Shown in pieces: positions 50,301 to 60,151 of a stretch of 64,000 nt of DNA. Origin of the DNA: an uncultured Gammaproteobacteria bacterium (lineage in GTDB: Bacteria > Patescibacteriota > Patescibacteriia > Magasanikbacterales > GCA-002688135); assembly GCA_964536205.1 (NCBI GenBank), contig CAZHVT010000004.1:17960-81959 (forward strand), in the 5' to 3' direction. The notes under the pieces are model-generated. The model did no database searches, was not told the DNA's origin, and worked only from the letters and a program-made list of their open reading frames with translations. The position numbers and the translations under genes were made by a program. The stretch's first letter is position 1; every line of letters starts with the position of its first letter.

Positions 50301-50456
50301 TTCCCTGTTGCAGAATCCGGCATCGGATCATCAGGAAATGAAACGTCATACTTTGGATCACGCACGCAATCAGCACTCATCAAATATCAAAAAGCCGTTG
50401 GCGCGCCATCACAAGGATTTTTCGGACCAGCAACGCGCGATTCCATTAACAAATAA
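47346..50456 (+). CDS. large secreted surface protein: propeller-like repeats, two Ig-like domains, two peptidoglycan-binding domains
   Basis: Signal peptide; QYxLSTAWDxSTASYD repeats; SPADNAT..LTFSEAV x2; RGEDVKxLQxFLN x2. Confidence 0.8.
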   Translation: MMRAIGRMTTQYLVRFAIALVISAFAFLRVVMAYDLSTASYDSKNVSVQSQCAHPYELEFDDDGDRMYIACLTNDIFQYTLTTAWDVSTASYASKSFDTSGEESGTVTLAFNSDGTKMYSGGTTNDTVFQYSLSTAFDVSTATYDSVSFDVGSQESNFFNLEFSTDGTKMYVIGNVSDKIHQYTLSTAWDLSTASYDSKTLNVNSQAINPLGMQFHTSGTYVYVINHSTDRVYQYSMTTAWDVSTGSYDNVSFYVGSQDGSGYDLAFKDDDGTKMFVTGNSNDRIYQYTLTNFDTTDPTLSSSSPADNATDVTTTDNIVLTFSEAVDAESGDIVIYKTSDDSTVETMDVGGAAVSGSGSTEITVNPTSNLDDSTEFYVIIDATAFDDASSNSYAGISASTTLSFTTADETNPTVSTYSPADNATSVSQTANLVLTFSEAVDVESGNIVIYKSSDDSVAETIAVTDSQVTGTGTTTITINPSITFAGDTEYYVQIAATGFDDSSSNSYAGITDTTTWSFTVEDANGPTLSNEGPEGQKNIGTKSATLSATTNETSNCRYSTSSSAAWAAMTAFETTGGTSHASAISGLENGTTYNYYVFCQDSVGNQSSKSTITFNIAQRERSGGSSGAGAGISSGRSGGAVGSSTKSAKRVSVKAGRKVDVGSVTRGSTSLTLPKSSTVMFKVKEKKVDMNIAKIEGRGTNRTVEMHLPSEQKMLKLKWNEIAAVDIDGDGVGDLAVKFAAGVKDKIEVTLSTKIPLDAVVQNHPIEVEEEVEEVKLEIPVETEKVEEKDEEVEVEKVKEVEEVVEEVIKTAPVIEPVLPVPPSDQIAPQVEIFVKDAQFQFKRDVGVGTRGEDVKELQKFLNSNGFPVSQFGAGSQGNESEYFGNRTRAALIKWQKAQKFIKPNGVMGIETRAVMNGSQIIMIKKGEKAQEVSAPVKVTQPIIENIKKEPVATNNSLHSFARNLRRGDRGEDVKQLQIFLNNFGFPVAESGIGSSGNETSYFGSRTQSALIKYQKAVGAPSQGFFGPATRDSINK

Positions 50457-50483
50457 AAACGACCACCGTGGTGGTCGTTCGCG

Positions 50484-51701
50484 TTAGCCCGTCACTGCTT
50501 CGCCGATAGCGAGCGCGGCTTCACGCGCAAGAGCATCAGCTTTGACAGCTGCTGCTTTCTTTTTTTCTTTCTTCCTTGTCTTGCCTTTGACTGCCTGCAT
50601 CTCGAGCTTCTTAAGTCGCTCGTGTGTCGCGTTCCGTTCCTCAATCATTGCATCAAGCGTCGCAAGGTCTTCTGGAGTAGCTTCGCTAGATTTCAGTTCA
50701 TACTGAACATCTCGCAGAACTGCATTGATGACCCGATTATACACACGCAAGCCTTCCCGATGCTTGGTAGAGGTAATCCGTGTCGAAGCTCGACAGATTG
50801 TGAGCGCTTCATCCAAGTAAGCTCGCAGAGAACGCCGTTGAATCTCAATCCGCTTCAGCCGATCAATCTCCACCTTCTGCTCATCAATGACTTTAGCGCC
50901 AGCAGCAACCGAAGCATGAAGATCCTGAATGGTATTTCGAGATTCGCTGATGAACGAACCAACATCTTGCATCGGCAGATCTGCCTTACGTTCAGCCATC
51001 AAATTGAGTGCTTCTTCAACATTCAGCCAAAACAAATCGCCGAGCGTCGTTTTGAGCTGAACACTAATTTGGAACAGCTGAATTGGATTGCCGATCTTAA
51101 CATCAGCAATAGCGTAAAACATCTGTGTTTTAACATGCGGCATGTGGCAACGAGATGTCATGTTGGGACCGCCCAAAGGAACAGCAAGTGTAGCAACAAT
51201 CATATCACGACTTTCCGTGCTAGATTGGATGACTTCACCATTGCGGTGCGAAAAGTGTACGCGTTTGAAATCATGCGTAACGCTGAATGGCTTGAATACA
51301 CCCTTAGAATTAAAGAGTGCACGTCGATTAACGATAAACCAGAGAAAATCTCCGTTGTTCCACCGCTGCACGAGTAGCACAAAACCGATCCTGTTTCTAT
51401 ATTTCTGCGCACGGATGAATCGGAACGGCCAGACATCATCTAGATCAGCGTCGCCGAACAACATAAGTTTGATGAAGTAGATCACCCATCCCACAAACAG
51501 CGAAACAATCAGTCCGCCAAAAGTGTAGATCAGATAATCAGCTTGCGTCAATGATCCATCGAATCGATGTGCAAAGCATAAATATGCCAGCACAGCAAGC
51601 GTGAGCCCAAGTGACATCCCAAGCCAATACTTGAGACGACCATATGGAATAGCGCGAAAATCTGCAATCGCGCTTCTAAAGTCTCCGTTTCTGTGTTCCA
51701 T
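50484..51701 (-). CDS. hypothetical membrane protein with coiled-coil C-terminus
   Basis: ATG with SD AAGGAG; two TM helices. Confidence 0.65.
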   Translation of the reverse strand: MEHRNGDFRSAIADFRAIPYGRLKYWLGMSLGLTLAVLAYLCFAHRFDGSLTQADYLIYTFGGLIVSLFVGWVIYFIKLMLFGDADLDDVWPFRFIRAQKYRNRIGFVLLVQRWNNGDFLWFIVNRRALFNSKGVFKPFSVTHDFKRVHFSHRNGEVIQSSTESRDMIVATLAVPLGGPNMTSRCHMPHVKTQMFYAIADVKIGNPIQLFQISVQLKTTLGDLFWLNVEEALNLMAERKADLPMQDVGSFISESRNTIQDLHASVAAGAKVIDEQKVEIDRLKRIEIQRRSLRAYLDEALTICRASTRITSTKHREGLRVYNRVINAVLRDVQYELKSSEATPEDLATLDAMIEERNATHERLKKLEMQAVKGKTRKKEKKKAAAVKADALAREAALAIGEAVTG

Positions 51702-51925
51702 GACGTTCTCCTTAACTGCCTCACAATCCGTCAAGTCATGAGGGAGCGATGATAACGGATCAGTCCAATAAGTTCGCGGCCTCAACGAGTACGTTGAGGC
51801 GGCTCTTCATATCAAACCATCGGTCACATCTGGTTTTAAAAAACATACTATCAAGTCGCTTGATAGTATGCGTAAACTAACATCAGAATTGAACAATGTC
51901 AAGCATTTCGTTATCATCCATGTAT

Positions 51926-52525
51926 ATGAAATTATTCATCGTGCGTCATGGCAAAACAACACATAATGAATTGGGGATTATTCAGGGTACAGGGGTTGAG
52001 GGTGAGTTGAGTGATTTGGGGATTGAGCAGGCCACAGTTGCGGCGCAGCAATTACAAAACGAAACATTTGATCGAATTATTTCAAGCGATCTCAATCGAT
52101 GCAAACAAACAGCAGATATCATCGGAAAGCATCACACAGATAATCAGATTGAATACACACCAACATTACGAGAACGATGTGCTGGGGTTTTTGATGGTCA
52201 ACATAAAAAGCATTACTACGACGCAATTGAAGTATCGCCATTATCTTGGCAATCATACCGACCAGAAAATGGAGAATCGCAATTAGATCTCATTCAGCGC
52301 GTCGGAGATTTTCACACAAAACTATTCAAAAAACATTACGGCGAAAAAATATTAGCTGTATCACATGGCGCATTTATTTCCGCATGGCTTCTACATGCAC
52401 AAGGAAAAAGCATGAATCGTGAGAACTTTGTGGGTGTTCATCCATTAAACTGCTCAATTTCAAAAATGGAATTCGATGAGCAGGGAAAATTAATAGATAT
52501 CCACATGGGAAAAACAGATCACTAA
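51926..52525 (+). CDS. histidine phosphatase family protein
   Basis: IVRHG, SSDLNRC.QTA, GES, VSHG. Confidence 0.9.
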   Translation: MKLFIVRHGKTTHNELGIIQGTGVEGELSDLGIEQATVAAQQLQNETFDRIISSDLNRCKQTADIIGKHHTDNQIEYTPTLRERCAGVFDGQHKKHYYDAIEVSPLSWQSYRPENGESQLDLIQRVGDFHTKLFKKHYGEKILAVSHGAFISAWLLHAQGKSMNRENFVGVHPLNCSISKMEFDEQGKLIDIHMGKTDH

Positions 52526-52560
52526 AAAACCCCGATCGTGTCGGGGTTTTTTGATTGCCA

Positions 52561-52989
52561 TTAAAATGATGTCGGAGGAGTTGGGGGTGCTGCTGGTGGA
52601 TCTGGAAATTCAGATGCTGGCGGCGGCATGTGTGCAGCTGGCGGCGGAGTTGGGGGTGGTGTTGGTGCAGAAGGTGCAGATGTTGCTCCTGGTGCGCTCC
52701 CAGCTAAAGCTCCTTCTTTCACAGATTTTTTCAATCGTGATCCTGCTTTAAATTTTGGTACAGGAACAGCAGGGATATCAATCGCTTTTGATGGATCTTG
52801 TGGATTAACTCCAACGCGACCCTTGCGCACGCGAGCGCTAAATTCACCAAAACCTGCCAAGGTGACGCTGCCGCCTCCTGCAATAGTTTCAGTAATAATA
52901 TCTGTCATTGCTTCAACCGCAGCTTCAGCCTGCGATTTATTTAAGCCGAGTCGATCGGCCACAGCTTGCGCCAAATCGGATTTGTTCAT
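52561..52989 (-). CDS. hup: HU family DNA-binding protein with Pro-rich tail
   Basis: MNKSDL, GFGEF, GVNPQ, PKFKAG. Confidence 0.92.
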   Translation of the reverse strand: MNKSDLAQAVADRLGLNKSQAEAAVEAMTDIITETIAGGGSVTLAGFGEFSARVRKGRVGVNPQDPSKAIDIPAVPVPKFKAGSRLKKSVKEGALAGSAPGATSAPSAPTPPPTPPPAAHMPPPASEFPDPPAAPPTPPTSF

Positions 52990-52995
52990 AGATGG

Positions 52996-53076
52996 GAATT
53001 ATGAATTATGAATAATGAATCATGGGGTTCTCATTTAAAGAAATCATCCATAATTCCTTATTCGTGATTCATATTT
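52996..53076. repeat. GAATTAT heptamer-armed hairpin element
   Basis: GAATTAT GAATTAT GAATAAT GAATCAT ... ATAATTC CTTATTC GTGATTC. Confidence 0.65.
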
Positions 53077-53860
53077 CGGTCACTATATTGAACGGTTCAA
53101 TATGAGAACAATGACCTGTTTTTTCATCGACATCAACAACGATTCCCGAAAGTATCGCTTCTCCAGATTCCGCAAAGTCATGTGAACGTGTGTGATCTGG
53201 ATGAAGAAAATTATTGAGAATCGTATCTTGTTTCACTCCTAAAACGCCATTACGATCACCACACATACCAATATCGGTTATGTAGCCAGTTCCTTGAGGG
53301 AGGATTCTCGCATCATTTGTTTGTACGTGTGTATGCGTTCCCCAAGCCGCGGAAACACGTCCATCCAAATGCCAACCCATCGCAATCCGCTCGCTCGTTG
53401 TTTCTCCATGAAAATCGAGCAGCGCGATTGAGATGTCTTTGTGTTCTGGCATGTTCAAGATTGTATCGATCACAGCAAACGGAGAATCAACCGTTTCCTT
53501 CATAAACATCTCACCCTGTAAGTTTAGCACAATAATAGTTGTACCAGCAACATCGAATGTGCGAAACCCCACACCAGGCGTTCCACCCGGATAATTCGCC
53601 GGACGAATCACATCAGCATCATCCAACAGAGGAATACCAGGAGGTTTTGAGAATGTATGATTACCACCAGTAAAACAATCGATATTCAGAGCGCGCATTT
53701 CATCTAAGGTACGCTGTGTAATCCCTTTTCCATGCGCTAAATTCTCAGCCTGAACAATCGTAAAGTCAGGCTTAAGATCAGCCTGCAATCCCGGCAGCTC
53801 TTTAGTGAGCGCCTTTCTTCCAAGTTTTCCTACAACATCGCCGAAGATTAAAAATCTCAT
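53069..53860 (-). CDS. ymdB: YmdB-family metallophosphoesterase
   Basis: FGDVVG, GNH, RPANYP, DFHGETTSE, GTHTHVQT. Confidence 0.93.
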   Translation of the reverse strand: MRFLIFGDVVGKLGRKALTKELPGLQADLKPDFTIVQAENLAHGKGITQRTLDEMRALNIDCFTGGNHTFSKPPGIPLLDDADVIRPANYPGGTPGVGFRTFDVAGTTIIVLNLQGEMFMKETVDSPFAVIDTILNMPEHKDISIALLDFHGETTSERIAMGWHLDGRVSAAWGTHTHVQTNDARILPQGTGYITDIGMCGDRNGVLGVKQDTILNNFLHPDHTRSHDFAESGEAILSGIVVDVDEKTGHCSHIEPFNIVTEI

Positions 53861-53861
53861 A

Positions 53862-54803
53862 TTAGTTCTTTTGGAGTAATGCCGCTTTAAATTTCTCTTC
53901 CACATCTGCCAATGTATTGAACGAATCAGAAAGAGAAGGCCAATCTTTGGCGACGGCATACGTATGACACAATCCAAATACAGCAGCTTGTTCACGCTTC
54001 AATGCAGCAAGATCAGAATCCTTCTGATCAAAGAATGAGGCACAGTCAGTAGCTCGTTTCGATGCGAGCGGTAGAGCAAAATACACGAAATGACCAAATT
54101 CAGATGGAGTCAATCCTTTTTTAGCTACTCGTTGAGCTAAAGACGTAATTGCTGCTCCTCCAATAAGCATATGATCGCTGTTCTGCTCTCCTTCAGTATA
54201 CAACGTAATAAAGTATGCTGATGCAGCATCGTACAATTCGGACGCCGAAACAGCTTTGTTGCGTACGGGTTTCGTGATGTATCTATAAAAACCATCTTTG
54301 TATGAAACCTTTGCTGCTTCCCAGGCTTTTTGCAAATCATCTTTTTGGATGAAGACATGTGGAAATTCAGCAGGATCATGAAGAAAGATTCGATCACCAT
54401 CGTAATCATACGCTAGAACATAATGATCGACACCCTTCAGGTACGTCGCATTGGGATTATAATTCAGATAACCCATATCAAGAGGGCCAAGAACTGCAGC
54501 TCCAGAATCGAGCGCCTGCTTCAATTGTTCAAAAGGAAAATCATCAGGAGATTCCGACACATGAACGTCATAGCTAAAGCCAAGTACATCTAATACTTTG
54601 GTGATACCAAGATCCGGTTCAAGTGATTGATTGTTGAAGTACAACAGATTCTTGTCTGTATCCATGGAGGCACCCAATCCAACACCAGAGAGAACTTCAA
54701 TTGTCGCAGGCGAAACATCTTCTCCAATCGAGCGTAAAAGCATCGAAGCAGAATGTGCATAGCAGTATGCTCCGTTTCCGATATAGGGAACGTAGGTTGC
54801 CAT
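53862..54803 (-). CDS. BtrH-like / papain-like cysteine peptidase domain protein
   Basis: YCYAHS, LDMGYLNYNP, DHYVL, HDP give a Cys-His-Asp pattern. Confidence 0.55.
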   Translation of the reverse strand: MATYVPYIGNGAYCYAHSASMLLRSIGEDVSPATIEVLSGVGLGASMDTDKNLLYFNNQSLEPDLGITKVLDVLGFSYDVHVSESPDDFPFEQLKQALDSGAAVLGPLDMGYLNYNPNATYLKGVDHYVLAYDYDGDRIFLHDPAEFPHVFIQKDDLQKAWEAAKVSYKDGFYRYITKPVRNKAVSASELYDAASAYFITLYTEGEQNSDHMLIGGAAITSLAQRVAKKGLTPSEFGHFVYFALPLASKRATDCASFFDQKDSDLAALKREQAAVFGLCHTYAVAKDWPSLSDSFNTLADVEEKFKAALLQKN

Positions 54804-54807
54804 AGGT

Positions 54808-56334
54808 TTATCGTGCTAATTCGATAACCCGCTGCTCACGAATCACGGTTACGCGAATCTCTCCTGGATATTGCAATTCTTGTTCAATTTTGTGTGCGAT
54901 GTCGCGCGCCAAAGTATGCGCAGCATAATCATCAACCTTAGAAGGATGCACAAACACACGAACCTCACGCCCCGCAGAAATCGCATATGCTTTTTCAACA
55001 CCAGGAAATGATGTCGCCACATTTTCCAAACCTTCCAATCGTTTAATATAGAATTCGTATGTTCCTTTTCGTGCGCCCGGACGTGCACCAGAAAGTGCAT
55101 CGGCTGCCTTACAAATCGCACCTAACAAAGTTTTCGGATTATCCTCATGATGAGCAATCGAACAATACGCAATCTCTTCAGGAACATTAAATTTCTTCAT
55201 CAATGCATATCCCAATTCCGGATGACCACCGTCATTTTCATGATCAATAGACTTTCCAATATCATGGAATAATCCAGCTGTTTTCGCTAAAGTCACATCC
55301 ATTCCTAATTCACCAGCCATCATCCCACATAAATGCGCAACTTCGAGTGAATGCATCATATTATTTTGACCATAAGAAGTTCGGTATTTCAATCGCCCTA
55401 AAATCGATGTCAATTTCGGATCAAACCCCGTCAATCCCATTTCATACAACATTTCCTCACCAGCCTTTTTGATATCAAGCGCCAATTCCTTTTTAGCTAA
55501 CTCAATTGTTTCTTCAATACGCGCTGGTTGAATACGACCATCCTCAAGTAATTTCTCCAACGTAATCCGCGCAATCTGACGACGAATAGGGGAGAATCCA
55601 GAAATCGTAATCGCTCCGGGTGTATCATCAATAATCAACTCACAGCCTGTAACTTTTTCTAGGGTCTTGATATTACGACCTTCCTTACCAATAATTCGAC
55701 CCTTCATATCTTCAGAAGGAAGCTCAACAGTTGTAGTTGTGGTTTCAGCAGAGTGAGACCCTGCGTAACGCTGCATCACAGTCGTCAAAATTTTCTTCGC
55801 CTTTAATTCAAATTCTTCAGTATTACGCTTTTGCAACTTAAACATACGCTGCGCTAAATCGTCAGCATATTGTTTTTCCATTTTTCCGTACATTTGTTCG
55901 AGTGCTTCTTCCTTCGTCAAACCTGCGATAGTTTGTAATTTATCGATCGCTTCCTGACGAACTTGCGCCAAATCATTCTTATGTTTCTCAACGGCATCAA
56001 TTTTCTGTACTAATTTTTGTTTGGTAGCTTCGATTTCCTTTTGATTATTCTCAACAGCAACTTCACGCTTCTCAATGCGTTGAATCATGCTTTTGAACTC
56101 ATTGCGAGATTTTTGCTCTTCACGCTTTGCTTCATCAACGATTTTCATCGCCTTATCTTTTGCAGATAACAATGCTTCTCGCTCTTTTGTTTTAGCATCA
56201 TCGATGATTTTCTTAGCTTTCGCTTCGATAGAATTAAGTTGTCCTTGTGCGATGGTGCGGCGGGCAACATATCCGATGGCAGCACCAATCAGACCTGTTA
56301 CTGCTGCAATCGCAAGTGCAATTGTAGTAGACAT
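54808..56334 (-). CDS. rny: ribonuclease Y
   Basis: TM + coiled coil, KGRIIGKEGRNI KH domain, HDIGK, ARPGAR. Confidence 0.97.
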   Translation of the reverse strand: MSTTIALAIAAVTGLIGAAIGYVARRTIAQGQLNSIEAKAKKIIDDAKTKEREALLSAKDKAMKIVDEAKREEQKSRNEFKSMIQRIEKREVAVENNQKEIEATKQKLVQKIDAVEKHKNDLAQVRQEAIDKLQTIAGLTKEEALEQMYGKMEKQYADDLAQRMFKLQKRNTEEFELKAKKILTTVMQRYAGSHSAETTTTTVELPSEDMKGRIIGKEGRNIKTLEKVTGCELIIDDTPGAITISGFSPIRRQIARITLEKLLEDGRIQPARIEETIELAKKELALDIKKAGEEMLYEMGLTGFDPKLTSILGRLKYRTSYGQNNMMHSLEVAHLCGMMAGELGMDVTLAKTAGLFHDIGKSIDHENDGGHPELGYALMKKFNVPEEIAYCSIAHHEDNPKTLLGAICKAADALSGARPGARKGTYEFYIKRLEGLENVATSFPGVEKAYAISAGREVRVFVHPSKVDDYAAHTLARDIAHKIEQELQYPGEIRVTVIREQRVIELAR

Positions 56335-56632
56335 AAAAACGCTCAAGATCAGTCGTCAAAATATGACGATTTTTCTAAGAGCGCTTAGTTCTACTCAAAA
56401 ATGAATCTATGCAAAAATCTCTCGTTTAATTACGAGATGTTTTACTAATGAATTATTTCCCCCTGAGACAGCTAAAATGCTTGTAAATAGAGTTAAATTC
56501 ATGCGATTCACTTCAACCAGTGCGACTCTTACAGTTACTGATCAGAATTACTTATTAATGTGCCCAGACCTTAACATATAAAGACGCTTTTGTAAAGAGG
56601 ATAAAACGTGCATAAATAACGTTAAACAGGCA

Positions 56633-56661
56633 TTGACAAAATCTAATTTTACATGTATAGT
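56633..56661 (+). promoter_or_regulatory. sigma70 promoter
   Basis: TTGACA-17bp-TATAGT. Confidence 0.7.
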
Positions 56662-56724
56662 TAAGTGTCGTGTCAAAAATTCTTTTGTCACATGTGGTGC
56701 GAAATCATCAAAAAAGGGCTATAA

Positions 56725-57279
56725 ATGATCGACAAAAAAAGGTTGAGTTTGGCCAAGGGTGAGAAGCTGTTGAGCTGGACGAAAAAGAGTTCAAGTGCTT
56801 TCTTCGTCGAAATGTTCGTTCTTAGTGTGGTCACTATCACTGCGGTGTCCGTAGGGATTTGGGCGATCAGTAGTGCGCCTGGTTGGGTCATGGAATCCAA
56901 GGGTAGGATGCTGAGGACCTTTGAGGTCGTATTTATGTGGCTGGTTTGGTGGGTGGCTGTCCTGATATCGCTGTGGTGTATCGCAGAGACAATCATTGAA
57001 TACACATTCTATCACTACGCAGTCACAACTCGTCGTGTGGTCAAATACTGGGGATGGATTGGTCGCTACGAAGAAGAAACGTTCTTGCACAAGGTCGAAT
57101 CAATCGACACAAAGCAGGGGATTATCGCTCGGATATTCGGCTACGGAAGCGTGAAGGTGTGCGGAACGGGTGGAGCAAAATTCTGGGTATGCGACATTCC
57201 AAACCACAGACATCACGCAAAAAAAATGACGGGCGCGATCCGTCACCTGCAAAAAGCAGGAAAAGCCAACAAGGCTTAG
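56725..57279 (+). CDS. bacterial PH (bPH_2) domain membrane protein
   Basis: YAVTTRRVV..G, KVESI..QGIIARIFGYGSV. Confidence 0.8.
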   Translation: MIDKKRLSLAKGEKLLSWTKKSSSAFFVEMFVLSVVTITAVSVGIWAISSAPGWVMESKGRMLRTFEVVFMWLVWWVAVLISLWCIAETIIEYTFYHYAVTTRRVVKYWGWIGRYEEETFLHKVESIDTKQGIIARIFGYGSVKVCGTGGAKFWVCDIPNHRHHAKKMTGAIRHLQKAGKANKA

Positions 57280-57306
57280 TTCTCAAGGGTCTCTAACGAG
57301 ACCCTT

Positions 57307-57975
57307 TTATTTTATCGAAAAATTTGTGAGATTATCTGAAGAAAGCTCATCGAGAATGGTTGCATTTTTTAAAGAGTGTGTTCCAATCGCAGTTCGTTCC
57401 AGTTCATCCAGATATGCACCGACACCACATTTCTCTCCGATATCTGCACCAAGTGTGCGGATGTAAGTCCCAGAAGTACAATGCACATCAATAACAGCGA
57501 TGGGCCATTCATACGAAATCAATGCAATAGAGAAAATTTCAATATCAACAGATTCGCGCTCCACAACTTTTCCTTCGCGTGCTAATTCATATAATTTTTT
57601 CCCACCGATTTTTTTTGCGGAGTACATGGGCGGGGTTTGTTTTTGTGGGCCGATGAATTTTTGCAAAACCCCCTCTAGCTCCCCCTTGGGAAGGGGGAGA
57701 ATTTGCTGTGGTGATGGGATGACGATTCCGGTACGATCTTGCGTATCAGAAGTTGCGCCGAAATGGATTGTTGCGCGATATTTCTTATCTAACTTCACAA
57801 ACTCGGAAATCCGCTTTGTTGAAGATCGCCCAATCGCAACAATAAGCAATCCTGTTGCAAACGGATCCAAAGTTCCGGCATGTCCAACCTTTCGCTCGCC
57901 AGTTATTCGCCTCACACGATCAACAACATCATGCGAAGTAATCCCAGCTGGTTTATTGATTAAGACAAAAGCCAT
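57307..57975 (-). CDS. truB: tRNA pseudouridine-55 synthase
   Basis: KVGHAGTLDPFATG, PPMYSAKK, GTYIRTL. Confidence 0.96.
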   Translation of the reverse strand: MAFVLINKPAGITSHDVVDRVRRITGERKVGHAGTLDPFATGLLIVAIGRSSTKRISEFVKLDKKYRATIHFGATSDTQDRTGIVIPSPQQILPLPKGELEGVLQKFIGPQKQTPPMYSAKKIGGKKLYELAREGKVVERESVDIEIFSIALISYEWPIAVIDVHCTSGTYIRTLGADIGEKCGVGAYLDELERTAIGTHSLKNATILDELSSDNLTNFSIK

Positions 57976-58060
57976 AATTGACCTAATTAAAGTATATTGC
58001 TAAACTTTCACCAACTTAGTTATACCAGATACCAGATACTAAATACTAGATACTAAAAAA

Positions 58061-60061
58061 ATGAACGTCACAGAACTCGCACGACGCCTCCGCGTCAACT
58101 CAAAAACACTCCTACAAACTCTCCCAGAGTTTGGTTTTGATATTGGAGCGCGCGCGATCAAAGTAGATGACAAAATCGCACAACAAATTCAAAGAGCATG
58201 GCCAAAAATTAAACGTGAGCTAGACAGACGAAAAGCAGAAGAAGAAAAAGAACGACGCCTGAAAGATATTGCAGCGCGCCGCGAAGAAGTGGGAACAGTG
58301 GAATTATCAGATGTGTTTACGGTTCGCGAATTTGCAGCAGCACTTAATTTACCTGTGACGACGTTAATGCAAGAATTGATGAAGAATGGAATTTTGGTAG
58401 CGATGAATGAACGAATCGATTTCGACACCGCACAAATCATCGCAGAAGATTTAGGATACGAAGTGATCAAAAAAAATGAAGGAGAAGCTGTCGTTGAAAC
58501 AACATCAGAAGAATCTGAACTAAAAGAAATGCTTGATGCAGATGCAAAAAACGCCACACCACGTCCAGCTGTTATTGTGGTGATGGGACATGTTGATCAT
58601 GGAAAAACGCGATTGCTCGATGCGATTCGCTCAACTAATGTGATCGATACAGAAGCCGGCGGAATCACACAGCATATCGGGGCATATCAAATAGAAAAAC
58701 AAGGAAAGAAAGTGACGTTTATCGATACGCCAGGGCACGAAGCCTTTACTGTCATGCGATCTCGTGGTGCGCGCGTCGCAGACATCGCTATTTTAGTAGT
58801 AGCCGCAGACGACGGAGTCAAGCCACAAACAAAAGAAGCAATCAAAATTATTCATGCCGCAAAACTGCCATACGTCGTCGCACTCAACAAAATGGATAAA
58901 GCAGAAGCAAATCCCGATAAGGTTAAAAAGGAACTATCAGAACATAACGTATTGGTAGAAGAATGGGGAGGCGACGTGCCAATTGTAGAAATCTCTGCAA
59001 AAGAAGGAACGAATATTGATAAAATTTTGGATGTGATTTTGTTAGTCGCGGATGTAAACGCGGATAAAATCACGGCAAATGCAGATCGTGGCGCTATCGG
59101 AACGGTAATTGAATCTCGTGTTGATAAAGGACAGGGTCCGGTTGCGACAGTTCTCGTACAAGCAGGAACATTGAAGAAAAAAGATCCGCTTAATGTAAAC
59201 GGCCGAAATTATGGTCGCGTGCGAGCTTTGAAGAATTATGTAGGAGAGGATTTAAAAGAAGCACTTCCAGGAACACCTGTCAGAATTTTAGGATTTCAAA
59301 GCGCTCCGGAAGTGGGAGACATTTTAGATGTTGATGCTAAAGACGCGGTGAAGCTGAAGAAAACGAAAACATTAAAATCACAAGCAGTTGCATCAGTACT
59401 TACACAAACAACAGAGGACGAAGACGAAGAAGGAAAGGGAAAGAAGATTCTACCAATTGTTGTGAAGGCTGACACACTGGGATCACTTGAAGCTGTCCTT
59501 AACTCACTTGAGAAAATTCAACATGACGAAGTCGGAATTAAAATCGCTTCACAAGGTTTGGGAAATATCACGGATGCAGAAATTCTCAAAGCCGAAGGAA
59601 CAAACACAAGATTTTATGCATTTAATGTGGTGCCAACAGGAACAGCTGCGCATGTCGCTCGTGAAAAGAAATTACCGATTTATGAAACAGCAATCATTTA
59701 CGATTTACTATCAAACGTAACAGCGGAACTTGAAAAATTACTTGAACCAGAAATTATTGAAACACAACACGGAAACGCAACGGTGCTAGAAATTTTCCGA
59801 CAAGATAAAAAAGGACAAATTATTGGGTGTCGTTTGAACGAAGGAAAATTCCGACCGGAAATTAGTATTCGCATTAAACGTGCAGGTGAATTGATGGGAG
59901 AAGGAAAAATCACCATGCTCAAATCTGGAAAATCAGAAACAAAAGAAGTTCCGGGAGGTTCAGAATTTGGAATGAATTTGAAATCGCGTACAACCGTACT
60001 TGTCGATGATGTTTTAGAAGGGTATACTGTTGAGCGAAAGGAGAAAAAACTTAATCTATAG
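58061..60061 (+). CDS. infB: translation initiation factor IF-2
   Basis: [28 protein letters not shown]. Confidence 0.98.
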   Translation: MNVTELARRLRVNSKTLLQTLPEFGFDIGARAIKVDDKIAQQIQRAWPKIKRELDRRKAEEEKERRLKDIAARREEVGTVELSDVFTVREFAAALNLPVTTLMQELMKNGILVAMNERIDFDTAQIIAEDLGYEVIKKNEGEAVVETTSEESELKEMLDADAKNATPRPAVIVVMGHVDHGKTRLLDAIRSTNVIDTEAGGITQHIGAYQIEKQGKKVTFIDTPGHEAFTVMRSRGARVADIAILVVAADDGVKPQTKEAIKIIHAAKLPYVVALNKMDKAEANPDKVKKELSEHNVLVEEWGGDVPIVEISAKEGTNIDKILDVILLVADVNADKITANADRGAIGTVIESRVDKGQGPVATVLVQAGTLKKKDPLNVNGRNYGRVRALKNYVGEDLKEALPGTPVRILGFQSAPEVGDILDVDAKDAVKLKKTKTLKSQAVASVLTQTTEDEDEEGKGKKILPIVVKADTLGSLEAVLNSLEKIQHDEVGIKIASQGLGNITDAEILKAEGTNTRFYAFNVVPTGTAAHVAREKKLPIYETAIIYDLLSNVTAELEKLLEPEIIETQHGNATVLEIFRQDKKGQIIGCRLNEGKFRPEISIRIKRAGELMGEGKITMLKSGKSETKEVPGGSEFGMNLKSRTTVLVDDVLEGYTVERKEKKLNL

Positions 60062-60146
60062 CGATTAGCGTCTAGCGTTTAGCGATTAGTAATTCACTAG
60101 CGAGCTCAGCGAGAAACTAAAAGCTAAACGCTAAAAGCTAAACGCT
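60059..60146. repeat. inverted TAGCGnn heptamer tandem repeat
   Basis: TAGCGAT TAGCGTC TAGCGTT TAGCGAT ... AAGCTAA ACGCTAA. Confidence 0.8.
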
Positions 60147-60151
60147 ACTCT

